From a virus: 64,000 nt of DNA. This document shows positions 17,857-26,365 of this stretch, in pieces. Location of the stretch: the IMG/VR virus record IMGVR_UViG_2928611649_000001, positions 1-64,000 of that record; one strand, 5' to 3'. A program made the position numbers and the translations under genes. The notes beneath the pieces are model-generated. The model saw only the letters and a program-made list of their open reading frames with translations. It was not told the DNA's origin and did not search any database. Numbering within the stretch: position 1 is the first letter of the stretch; each line of letters opens with the position of its first letter.

Positions 17857-17885
17857 AAATGCCTCGACTGGCGAGGCTGGAAGGA
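17857..17885 (-). terminator. Rho-independent terminator (GCCTCGCCAGTCGAGGC + T8), minus strand
   Basis: Perfect 6-bp stem followed by ATTTTTTTTG on the minus strand. Confidence 0.5.
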
Positions 17886-17891
17886 GTTGAT

Positions 17892-18116
17892 ATGCACCAA
17901 CTACATCAGGAAGATCGTCCTGGCGATGTGATGATCACGAGAACGTGTATTCCTTCCAAGGAATCCGGGACGCATCGATTGACGCAAGGAAATTTACCAG
18001 ATCCGTCCGGCCCTGGTATTGAAACCGGCCACGCCCATCTTGCGACGCCAGAACAACTGAAAGCCCTGGAAAAAGTGGTTGCGCGTCTGCCCGAGTCCTA
18101 TCTGAGTCCGAGCTAG
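17892..18116 (+). CDS. Hypothetical protein (MHQLHQEDRPGDVMITRTCIPSKESGTHRL...). Conflicts with the overlapping antisense ORF.
   Basis: Perfect GGAGG RBS 7 nt upstream. Low GC3. Overlaps 17935..18195 on the opposite strand. Confidence 0.3.
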   Translation: MHQLHQEDRPGDVMITRTCIPSKESGTHRLTQGNLPDPSGPGIETGHAHLATPEQLKALEKVVARLPESYLSPS

Positions 18117-18195
18117 TATTCATCGCAGAGGGTTTGACGATGACAATCGCAAAGGTCACCCCTTGCTCTTTGATAACCGCACCTTGAAATTTCAT
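17935..18195 (-). CDS. Hypothetical protein (MKFQGAVIKEQGVTFAIVIVKPSAM...). Conflicts with the overlapping antisense ORF.
   Basis: The minus-strand terminator lies just downstream. Low GC3. Confidence 0.3.
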   Translation of the reverse strand: MKFQGAVIKEQGVTFAIVIVKPSAMNTSSDSDRTRADAQPLFPGLSVVLASQDGRGRFQYQGRTDLVNFLASIDASRIPWKEYTFS

Positions 18196-18807
18196 GTTTT
18201 TCTTTCGTAGTTTTGGAATGCGCCCGCCGCCGGGAAGCAATCGGGCGCGTTTCATTGTAGCGAAATTGACAAGCTAAAATATCACCAATAGTCATTGGCT
18301 CCGCCGTAGCCGCACCGACTGCAGACGTAAAAAAAGCCAGCGCTGTGCGAGCCTGAGAAGGGGTTGTAAACCGTGGGGAAGAAGAGTAAATTCCGTCAGT
18401 GATGGCGGGCCGGCGCTAACCGACCCGCTTCCCACTAGGAAAGAATTCGATCAACGAGCACGTGCAAAATTGCTGCAAGCGCCCAGAGATTGATTTCCAC
18501 CTTTACTGCTTTGATCGTCAGTTTAAACATGGCAGAAGCCCTGTTTGCGCTGGCGGTACCGCCAACTGGTTGAGGGTTGGCTTATTTTTTAAAGTGCGGT
18601 TGCTTGCACTTCGCCTTGGCGCGCTGCAGCGTGCTTCGGCACCATGCTAGCGAAGTGATCCGCCCGCATGGCTCAGCTCAGTGGGTTCGATTATCCGGAA
18701 TCCACCGGGCTCTACCACCACGTCACCTTCCGCACCTTGCTGGATGCGGACATGGCTTGCGACCATGCTCTTTCGGCCCGCGCATCGGATGGCGCGCGGG
18801 CTATTCT

Positions 18808-19029
18808 TTACCCCAACTCAGCGTCGTCGCCCGCCAGACCGCCGCGCGTGCCGCCCTTGGCCAGCAGCTCGCCATCGACAAGGCCGCCCTTCGTGCCACT
18901 GGTGGCTAGCAGTTCATCGTCGACCAAGCCGCCAGTCCTTTTCGTGCCTCCGTTATCCGCCAGTTTTTTACCGTCAGGCTTGGCGACCGCGGGCGATTTC
19001 TTTGCTGGGACGTGGGATTTTTTGATCAT
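18808..19029 (-). CDS. Small protein with three KGGLVDxELLA tandem repeats
   Basis: GGAG RBS. 73 aa. Confidence 0.4.
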   Translation of the reverse strand: MIKKSHVPAKKSPAVAKPDGKKLADNGGTKRTGGLVDDELLATSGTKGGLVDGELLAKGGTRGGLAGDDAELG

Positions 19030-19147
19030 AGGCCACTCCTGCTAGTTGGATTCAAGGGGGAGTTTGTGCATTGCTCAGCTGCTGAACCCGCCAGCCAAGC
19101 GCTTGTGTAGCTGGCCGTGGCGCACCGGATGGTGCGCGGGCTATTTC

Positions 19148-19705
19148 TTATTTGGGACAATTTTCACGGATAAAGTCTACGGATTCTCTGAACCCCTTCA
19201 GGTCGATGTCCTCGCCCAGCATGCCGCCAATAATTGTTCCAATTTGAACTCGAAGTCTTTTCCCGTCATACAGCTGGTCAAAGTAAGGCTCCAGGATTAA
19301 CGAGCCCAAATCGCTTTCACTTTCGGTAGCCCTCTGCTGCCCTTGAGCAGGTTCATCATTGATCCGAACAGTGTAGTATTTCACTCCACCTCGGCCTCTC
19401 ATCGAAATGAAGAAATATCGCAACCCTCCCTGAATGTTCCAATCGCCCTTATACAACGCGACACACGACTTCTTGTCCGTCATTGCGTTGATGCTTTGGT
19501 CTACTGTCCAGAATCCGGAACGAAAGGCGGTCTTGGCTGTTGGAGTTGCCGCTTTGTTACTGGTAGAAGGCTTTTCTGTTGCAGCGCCGGTGTCATAACA
19601 AGCCAAGCGAGCCTTGTCAGCTTTAATGGATGCACAGTCTGCGCCAAAAGCGAGCACTGGCAGTGCGACGGTCGCCGTCAGAGTTAAGCGGAGAATGGGA
19701 TTCAT
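19148..19705 (-). CDS. Secreted protein (Sec signal peptide MNPILRLTLTATVALPVLAFGADC)
   Basis: 185 aa with an N-terminal signal peptide. Located in the low-GC island. Confidence 0.5.
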   Translation of the reverse strand: MNPILRLTLTATVALPVLAFGADCASIKADKARLACYDTGAATEKPSTSNKAATPTAKTAFRSGFWTVDQSINAMTDKKSCVALYKGDWNIQGGLRYFFISMRGRGGVKYYTVRINDEPAQGQQRATESESDLGSLILEPYFDQLYDGKRLRVQIGTIIGGMLGEDIDLKGFRESVDFIRENCPK

Positions 19706-19785
19706 CGAGTTCCTTGAGGCGGCAGATGCGTGCCGGGTCGCCCTGCAATTATAGGAAAATTGACAACTGGAAATCTATCGAATTG

Positions 19786-20478
19786 TCACGATCGATTTAC
19801 CATGTCCAGCACGGACTCATCGCGGCCTGCGGTGATCTCGGCGCACCTGGTGCGCAGCTTGTGTAGGACGGCCGGACCGATGCCTTTGAACGCGAGCAAC
19901 TGCTCGTCGCTGGCTTGGTCGATTCGCGCGGGCGTGTCGAGAGCCACATCCCACATCGCCAAAGCCGCATGATGGGGCAGGGTGGGCACGGTCGCCAAGA
20001 AGGTAGGGAAATAATGTTCGCATATTTCATCGACATAGTGTCCACTCAGTCCGCTGTATTTTGCCCATTCCGGCCGAGTGACTTCCGCACGCAATAAGCG
20101 GAGTCGCTCCCTTGCTGGAAGTCTCAACTCCACTACTTTGCGTAGAGCGATGAGAAATTGGGGATAGATCAGATCATAGCCATTTCTAATTGCCATCTCG
20201 AACGTCTGCCACCCAATGCCAGGATCATCCATATCTATGCCGATTTCACGCAGCGTCTTGAGCTTAGTCGACCAGTGGCCTTGATGTGAATTATCTGCAA
20301 ATTGCGGCGGGCAATAATTCAGGTCGTAGTGGCGGTACCCATGCCATTGCAGTACCGCTAGCGGGGTATCGAAGTGCAATGCGGCACGGAACTCAACGCC
20401 ATTGCATATTTCTGAATTGAGCCGTATTCCCTCAGCGCCGCCAGGCGAAATCTTGCTCCAGCATCTCCAAACCTTCAC
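19786..20478 (-). CDS. Hypothetical protein with a C-terminal helix-hairpin-helix (LLAFKGIGPAVLHKL)
   Basis: 230 aa. Confidence 0.4.
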   Translation of the reverse strand: MKVWRCWSKISPGGAEGIRLNSEICNGVEFRAALHFDTPLAVLQWHGYRHYDLNYCPPQFADNSHQGHWSTKLKTLREIGIDMDDPGIGWQTFEMAIRNGYDLIYPQFLIALRKVVELRLPARERLRLLRAEVTRPEWAKYSGLSGHYVDEICEHYFPTFLATVPTLPHHAALAMWDVALDTPARIDQASDEQLLAFKGIGPAVLHKLRTRCAEITAGRDESVLDMVNRS

Positions 20479-20496
20479 TCAACCCTCCGCGCAGCG

Positions 20497-20739
20497 TTAC
20501 TTGCTGGCCAGGTCGTGCATCTCCTTGACCAATGCTTTTGTCTCCGCACTGTCGCGCGCTAAAACGCGTAGCAAGTCGTAGATCGGGCCTGCTTGGAGCC
20601 GGTCGATAATCTCCGCGTTGAGCGTGCGGCCGTTGTACTCGGCGATCTCCATCAACTTGGCATGCAATTCTCTCGGGATTCGCAGCGATGTCTTAATGTA
20701 GTCGTCTTGCGTCGGCTTCTTGATGGGCGATTTGTTCAT
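20497..20739 (-). CDS. Arc/MetJ-type ribbon-helix-helix DNA-binding protein
   Basis: KTSLRIPRELHAKLMEIAEYNGRTLNAEIIDRL is a typical RHH. Confidence 0.5.
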   Translation of the reverse strand: MNKSPIKKPTQDDYIKTSLRIPRELHAKLMEIAEYNGRTLNAEIIDRLQAGPIYDLLRVLARDSAETKALVKEMHDLASK

Positions 20740-21049
20740 CGCCCAATTGTTTCTGACCCGCCAAGTTTTAGGCTAAAAACTCCTTCATAATGAAGGGTGA
20801 TTGTGAGAATCTGTTACTTTTCATTTCACAAGTAAAGGTTAAAAACCCCTCTACTTTTGATATGCAATCAAGGCAAACCTGTAATATAGTTAACACACTG
20901 TAAACATTTGATAGCAGAGTATTATGGAAAACTTACCCCGGATAGTTGCTGCATACGAGAAGATGGATAAGCAGGCACGCGACAAGTATGTATTGCGTAT
21001 GGAGCAGTCCGCCATCCGATACCCGATGCAGGTCCAGCAGCGTGCAAAT

Positions 21050-21436
21050 CTACGACTTGTTACTAATGAGAACCGGTGACTGAATTAGGCGCTCTGTTGC
21101 CTCGGCCTCATCTAAGATATCCCTCTGCCCCCGTTCACTAGTCGTTCGGAAGAGAGTTACCAAGTGCATTTCTTCTTCGTTCAACCAAGCGTAGAAAGGC
21201 GCGCGCGATGCGGGCGACTCGCGTGGCGGCTCAACTGGGCGCACATACTCCACGCCATCCGGCGTATCGAGATAACCGGCGCCCATCTTATATTTTTCCT
21301 CTAAGCGACGAGCGACCTTCTCCCCGAAGGAGCCATCCCCGCGCAATTGCGAAAAAAGACTCTTCTCTTGTTTTGGTATGCCGTTGTCGGCAACCCACTT
21401 GGCAAGGTTCGCTCTGCGAGTGTCAGTGATGTTCAT
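21050..21436 (-). CDS. CI-like phage repressor (HTH, no S24 peptidase domain)
   Basis: ANLAKWV..KSLFSQLRG..FGEKVARRLEEKYKMGAGYLD is a lambda/P22-type repressor HTH. Divergent from the cro-like gene. Confidence 0.55.
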   Translation of the reverse strand: MNITDTRRANLAKWVADNGIPKQEKSLFSQLRGDGSFGEKVARRLEEKYKMGAGYLDTPDGVEYVRPVEPPRESPASRAPFYAWLNEEEMHLVTLFRTTSERGQRDILDEAEATERLIQSPVLISNKS

Positions 21437-21507
21437 GCGCGCAGTTTAGTGTTTATTAAAGTAGTAATCACTTGACAGGTGGTTTAGCATTCACTAAACT
21501 CGCCTGC
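21437..21507. promoter_or_regulatory. Immunity-region divergent promoter/operator region with GTTTAG half-sites
   Basis: gtttagtg at ~21446. gtttagCATTCActaaac is an 18-bp palindrome at ~21489-21506. agtttagtg and cactaaact form an inverted pair. Confidence 0.45.
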
Positions 21508-21783
21508 ATGGACCTGAAAAAATACATCTCCGCCGAGCGCGGACGCGCCAAATCGCTTGCTGCCCACCTGGGCATCTCGCCTTCATTCCTTTCGCAAATC
21601 GCGGCAGGAACAGCGCCAGCTTCGCCATCCAGGTGCTTGGAGATCGAGAAGGGCACCGGCGGCCAAGTCACACGCAAGGACCTGCGCGAAGACTGGCGCG
21701 AAATCTGGCCCGAGCTCAAGCAATCCAACGCCAATCCCCAGCGCGCCACCACCCCGCGCAAGCCTGCGAAGGAAGTCGCATGA
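21508..21783 (+). CDS. Cro/YdaS-like HTH regulator
   Basis: LAAHLGISPSFLSQIAAG...CLEIEKGTGGQVTRKDLRED matches the YdaS/Cro family. Confidence 0.55.
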   Translation: MDLKKYISAERGRAKSLAAHLGISPSFLSQIAAGTAPASPSRCLEIEKGTGGQVTRKDLREDWREIWPELKQSNANPQRATTPRKPAKEVA

Positions 21784-21992
21784 AAACCGCTACCCAAGAT
21801 CACTTTTTGTGCGTCGTCATAGTCGCCGCTATCGCGGAAGCACGCCGCGCAGGCGATGACGTGAAAGTCGCCAGCGAGGCTGCCGCCAAGGCGTATGTGG
21901 CTGGACTAGTAGCGGCGGATGCGCCCGGCGAAAACAGCGGCGAGCGGGTTATCAGCGCTACGGGCCAGGTGGAATATCGCCCTCCGTCGTGA
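21780..21992 (+). CDS. Hypothetical protein
   Basis: 70 aa. ATGA overlaps the cro-like stop. Confidence 0.35.
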   Translation: MKTATQDHFLCVVIVAAIAEARRAGDDVKVASEAAAKAYVAGLVAADAPGENSGERVISATGQVEYRPPS

Positions 21993-22265
21993 GTAGTTTT
22001 TGCAGTTCCGCAATGGCTGTTCGAATCGGTATCTCCTGCAGCTTGGTGGAGTCCATTGGACCCTCAAGTGTCATTGGCCCCGTTATGTCGATTCTCACGT
22101 TGAGCCAGCCGAAGTCGTATGTGCCCGAAGTTTTGACTTTCCCGTTGATGAAAGTCGCAGTCATTTCTTTTTTGCAGTCCATGGGAGATCCCTTTGCAAG
22201 TTGTTGTGTGAGAACTGCAACTGTAACGCATTGGAATCTCCCGCCCATATTTTGGAAAGCACCAC

Positions 22266-22604
22266 ATGAGCAACCACGCCAATCTCGCCGCTGCACTGCT
22301 TGCTGCCTTCAGCCTCGACACAGACAAGGCCGACCCTGTCGCCATCGCCGATGCGCTGGCAACCGTGCTTGTCGCGTTCGCCGACCTGGTGCGCGGCCCA
22401 GCGCCGGTGTTTGCTGAGCTGGCCGCCGTCGAGCTGGCGCCGCTGCCAGGCCAGGCCGAACTGATCGCCGAGGTGCGCAATCTGATCTGCGAAATCCGCG
22501 CAGACCGCCAGGCGTTTGCCGAAGAGCGCAAGACCAACAACCGGCTGTTCCGTTCCTTCGTCGGCGGCATGCCAGGCGCCGAACACAGCGGCCTGCCGGG
22601 CTGA
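22266..22604 (+). CDS. Hypothetical protein
   Basis: 112-aa ORF. Confidence 0.3.
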   Translation: MSNHANLAAALLAAFSLDTDKADPVAIADALATVLVAFADLVRGPAPVFAELAAVELAPLPGQAELIAEVRNLICEIRADRQAFAEERKTNNRLFRSFVGGMPGAEHSGLPG

Positions 22605-22686
22605 CGCCGCTCACCGAATTCCGTATCACTGCCGGCCAGACCGCCGGCCTAAATCCTGAAATCCGCATCACTAAAGGAGCTGCATC

Positions 22687-22974
22687 ATGAACCACACCAT
22701 CAACCGCAAGCCCGACCCCCGCCTGCATCCCGTCAAGGTCTACCTTGGCGAGGAGGAGTTGGCGACCCTGCAAAGCCACTGCCATGCGATCGACACCACT
22801 TGCAGCGCTTTCCTCCGCAAGGTCGGCCTTCGTATCGCGTCAGCACACCAGCAGGTTATCCGCTACCCCGGGCGCCGTGAAGGTCCGAGTGCAGGCCTGG
22901 GCAGGGCCTTCTCGTTCCCGGGGCAGGGCGCCCGGCGCGTGCAGCGCGGCGCGTTGCGGCCGATGCGTTCCTGA
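22687..22974 (+). CDS. Ribbon-helix-helix-like regulator (VYLGEEELATLQSHCHAIDTTCSAFLRKVG)
   Basis: GGAG RBS. MobC/TraJ-like RHH pattern. Confidence 0.4.
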   Translation: MNHTINRKPDPRLHPVKVYLGEEELATLQSHCHAIDTTCSAFLRKVGLRIASAHQQVIRYPGRREGPSAGLGRAFSFPGQGARRVQRGALRPMRS

Positions 22975-23020
22975 AATAACCCGATCCGTACCGACCGGGC
23001 CACCAATCGATAGGGCTTCC

Positions 23021-23752
23021 ATGCGCCACCTGATTTCCACCGCAGCACTGATCATGACCAGCCGTGAAATTTCTGATCTTGTTGAATCACGCCACGACAA
23101 CGTGAAAATTGCCATTGAGCGGCTTGCTCACCGTGGCGTGATTCAACTTCCTGCAATGCAGGACGTCAAAAACGGCCAAGGCCAGACGGTGACTGAATAC
23201 CACATCGGAAAGCGCGACAGCTACGTCATCGTCGCGCAGTTATCGCCGGAGTTCACAGCGCGGCTAGTCGATCGCTGGCAGGAACTGGAGGCGGCGGTCA
23301 TCGCGCCGGCGGCGCCGGCCGAGCTGTCGCGCATGGAGTTGATCGAGCTGGCCATGGCCGCCGAGCGTGAGCGCCTGATGCTGGTGGCGCAGGTCGCCGC
23401 CGACGCGCCAAAGGTTGCCTTCGCTGAAGCGGTGCGCAACGTCGATGGCCTGTGCAGCTTGGAGAAGATCGCCAAGACGCTGGGCTGGGGCCGCAACCGC
23501 TTCATCGCGGCGCTGAAGGAGGCTAAGGTTTTGCAGGCCTCGCGTATCCCGTACCAGAAATACATCGAGCGCGGCTACTTCGAAGTAGTCGAGCAAACGC
23601 CGTGGGAGGACTCGAAGGGCGATTCGCACGCGTCGTTCACCACGATGGTCACCGGCGCCGGCCAGGTCTGGCTGGCGAAGAACTTCCAGCATGAGCGCCA
23701 CGTTGCGGCGCAGATGGCCGCCATCGGTACCACGCTCGTCGCCGCCCACTGA
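23021..23752 (+). CDS. Antirepressor (Rha N-terminal domain + KilA-C domain)
   Basis: LIMTSREISDLVESRHDNVKIAIERL is Rha-like. DGLCSLEKIAKTLGWGRNRFIAALKEAKVL is KilAC-like. Confidence 0.65.
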   Translation: MRHLISTAALIMTSREISDLVESRHDNVKIAIERLAHRGVIQLPAMQDVKNGQGQTVTEYHIGKRDSYVIVAQLSPEFTARLVDRWQELEAAVIAPAAPAELSRMELIELAMAAERERLMLVAQVAADAPKVAFAEAVRNVDGLCSLEKIAKTLGWGRNRFIAALKEAKVLQASRIPYQKYIERGYFEVVEQTPWEDSKGDSHASFTTMVTGAGQVWLAKNFQHERHVAAQMAAIGTTLVAAH

Positions 23753-23757
23753 AAGCA

Positions 23758-24053
23758 TGAACATGACAGATTTCAACCGCATCCCGGTTGGGCCGCTGCT
23801 TTCCCTGGCCCAGCTCTCGATCTCCCTGCACAAGGCGCAGAACGCCGTGGCTGTTGCTCGGTTCGACTATCTCGACCGCCTGAAGAAGTTCGAGCGCAAG
23901 CGCGGCGCTGTCGGCCGGCTCGACAAGAACAACGCCGCGCACGCCGCCGCCATCGCGTACACCGCTGATGAATACGAGGCGCTGCTGGCCGCGCGGCGCA
24001 ACGCCTACAACATCAAGCGCCGCTGGCAGAACGCCTGCCGCAAGTTCAACTGA
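23758..24053 (+). CDS. Hypothetical protein
   Basis: 98 aa. Confidence 0.35.
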
Positions 24054-24075
24054 AGCACCCAACCCGGAGACACGC

Positions 24076-24591
24076 ATGGATCACGCAGACGTACTACACA
24101 TCATCGAAGACCGCACCTTCACCGCGAAGATGGGCGAGCGCACCATCACCGGCCTGATGGTCGAAAGCACCTGGAACGGGCTGACGAACTACACCGCCGC
24201 CAACGGTGCGAACCTGGTGGTGCTGGACGCCGAGCGGCGCGTGGTCACCGGCAGCGCCGCGCTGCTGGTCCACTTGGGCCTGGGCGAGCCGCAGATCGGC
24301 GCCGAGTTCAGCGGCGGCATCTACGCCGGCCTGACCGAGGTTGACGGCAAGCCGGCGCGCCTGATCATGTTGCTTCCGCACGCCGTCGATGTGTCGTGGG
24401 ATACCGCGATGGACTGGGCGAAGCTGCAAGGCGGCCACCTGCCTACGCGCGCCGAGCAGCGCACTCTCATCGAGAACGTGAAGAGTCACTTTGAGCCCCG
24501 TTGGTATTGGTCCTGCGACCAGCACGCCGACTTCCCGTCTTACGCTTGGCTCCAGCTCTTCGGCAATGGCTACCAGGTCAGCTACCACTAG
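24076..24591 (+). CDS. DGR target protein 3 (DUF1566/C-type-lectin-like), truncated by a TAG stop inside VR3
   Basis: Start at MDHADVLHII with a GGAGA RBS. C-terminus LPTRAEQRTLIENVKSHFEPRWYWSCDQHADFPSYAWLQLFGNGYQVSYH*. The downstream frame continues SYAGAARAVRRLPI. Confidence 0.65.
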   Translation: MDHADVLHIIEDRTFTAKMGERTITGLMVESTWNGLTNYTAANGANLVVLDAERRVVTGSAALLVHLGLGEPQIGAEFSGGIYAGLTEVDGKPARLIMLLPHAVDVSWDTAMDWAKLQGGHLPTRAEQRTLIENVKSHFEPRWYWSCDQHADFPSYAWLQLFGNGYQVSYH

Positions 24592-24625
24592 TCGTATGCC
24601 GGCGCCGCGCGCGCCGTCCGCAGAT
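24520..24625 (+). repeat. DGR variable repeat VR3 (remote, ~17 kb from the TR, opposite strand)
   Basis: About 14 mismatches to TR, all at TR adenines, including AAG to TAG (Lys to stop). Confidence 0.8.
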
Positions 24626-24660
24626 TGCCAATTTAATCATTCAGTAATTTAGAGGACAAG

Positions 24661-25425
24661 ATGGCAAACGAAAACAACACCGGCGCCGCGCCCGGCGCAC
24701 TGCCGCCGCTGCCGAACCTGGCAAGGATGGCGCCACATGAACTGAATTCCGCGCTACTTGAGTTCGGCAGCGCCGCGTGGCACATGGGTCTCGACGTCGG
24801 GCTGGAGCATGCGCCAGCCGTCACCGACACCGGCTTGCTTGAGCTGCGCGACCACCTGGCCGCTGCAGCGCAAGACAACCAGGCGATCACGCTATCGCCT
24901 GTAGCTGCCAGCGCGCTGCATCACGCGATGACTACGCCGTCGGCAGCATCCAGCCCAGCCGGCGAGGCGATGCAAGAGGCGCGCGCGTCGCTGGATGAGG
25001 CCCTGGCCAGCGATGAGCTTCGCCAGTTGAAGGCTGAGGCGCAAGCGCTGGCCGCCGACGGCGCCAACTGGAGCATGCACGTCGGCTGCATGTTCTTTCT
25101 TGCCCTGATCGAGCGCATCGAATCGTTGGACACCAAGCCGGCCGGCTACATCGCCAGCCAGGACATGGTCAAGCTCGGCAACTGCCGCGCTGAGCTGTGG
25201 GCCGCGCCGCCAGCCGCCGATGCTGTGCCGGTATTCCTCGGCGCTCCAGCGGCGCCAGAAGGCTGGCAACTAGTGCCAAAGGTTCCGACGCCAGAAATGA
25301 TCATGGCTCTGGCCGTGCTGCCGGACATGGTCGACGGACGAATCATCCGGTACAGCATCGACAAGCTGCCAGATGCGTACGCCGCCATGCTCGCGGTTGC
25401 GCCAGCCGCCGGAACTCCGCCCTGA
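24661..25425 (+). CDS. Hypothetical protein
   Basis: 254 aa. Its RBS overlaps the conserved VR-downstream flank. Confidence 0.4.
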   Translation: MANENNTGAAPGALPPLPNLARMAPHELNSALLEFGSAAWHMGLDVGLEHAPAVTDTGLLELRDHLAAAAQDNQAITLSPVAASALHHAMTTPSAASSPAGEAMQEARASLDEALASDELRQLKAEAQALAADGANWSMHVGCMFFLALIERIESLDTKPAGYIASQDMVKLGNCRAELWAAPPAADAVPVFLGAPAAPEGWQLVPKVPTPEMIMALAVLPDMVDGRIIRYSIDKLPDAYAAMLAVAPAAGTPP

Positions 25426-25480
25426 CCGAATTTACCGGGCCGCCGCGCCCCGATCTGCGCGGCAATATATCGGAGAAATC

Positions 25481-26365
25481 ATGAATTTACCCAATCTGTC
25501 CGGCAAGCAAATCCGCAACATCGTAGTCGGCGCCGTCGTCGGCATCCTGTTGCTGTCGTTCTGGCCACTGAAGTCGGTCCCGACTGGCTCGCGTGGCGTA
25601 ATTACGCAGTTCGGCGCAATTAAAGGCGTCGAGCAGGAGGGGCTGGCCTTCGTGCCGCCTTGGCAGCGCCTGTCGATCTTCAGTATCCGCGCCGAAGAGG
25701 CGAGCATCGAGAATGCCGACGGCAGCACCGCCGACACCCAGCCAGTCAAGGTCAGCATGACGGTGCGCTACAGCATCGCCACCGACCGCGTCGCCGAGGT
25801 CTACGAGAAATACAGCCACGATGGCAACCTGGCCAGCTACGTGCAGACGGCGGCGGCCGAGGTATTCAAGGCAGTGACCGCACGCTACACGGCGCCGGAC
25901 CTGATCAGCAAGCGGTCCCAGGTCTCGGGCGACATCAGCGCCGCCCTGCGCGAGAAGTTGCGCCTGTACGGCGCCAGCGTGATCAATATCGACATGCGAA
26001 ATTTCTCGTTCGGCGGTAGCTACATGGCGGCCATCAACGAGAAGGTCACGCAAGAGCAGCTGCGCTTGGGCGCCGAGAATAAGCTGAAGACCGTCGAGGC
26101 CGAGCAAAAGCAGAAGGTGGCGATCGCCGAGGCTGAAGCCAAGGCGCTGTCAGCAAAGGCAGACGGCGAGGCCTACGCCAACCTGACGGTGGCCAAGGCC
26201 CAGGCCGAAGCCTTGCGAGTTCAAAACGCCGCGCTGGCGCAGAACAAAGACGTGCTGGAACTGCGCCGCATCGAGGTGGAGCAGACGAAGGCCAATCGCT
26301 GGGACGGCGTGTTGCCGACGACGATGTACGGCTCCGCCCCGATCCCGTTCCTGAATGCCAAGTAG
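25481..26365 (+). CDS. SPFH/band-7 (prohibitin/HflC-like) membrane protein
   Basis: N-terminal TM helix. SPFH core with a C-terminal coiled coil (EAEQKQKVAIAEAEAKA..). GGAGA RBS. Confidence 0.65.
   Translation: MNLPNLSGKQIRNIVVGAVVGILLLSFWPLKSVPTGSRGVITQFGAIKGVEQEGLAFVPPWQRLSIFSIRAEEASIENADGSTADTQPVKVSMTVRYSIATDRVAEVYEKYSHDGNLASYVQTAAAEVFKAVTARYTAPDLISKRSQVSGDISAALREKLRLYGASVINIDMRNFSFGGSYMAAINEKVTQEQLRLGAENKLKTVEAEQKQKVAIAEAEAKALSAKADGEAYANLTVAKAQAEALRVQNAALAQNKDVLELRRIEVEQTKANRWDGVLPTTMYGSAPIPFLNAK

Noticed and set aside
21958-22296. 112-aa minus-strand ORF convergent with ORF 21780..21992.
   Set aside because: Weak RBS, and the N-terminus overlaps neighbouring genes. Only the C-terminal 74 aa might be real, so it is left unannotated.
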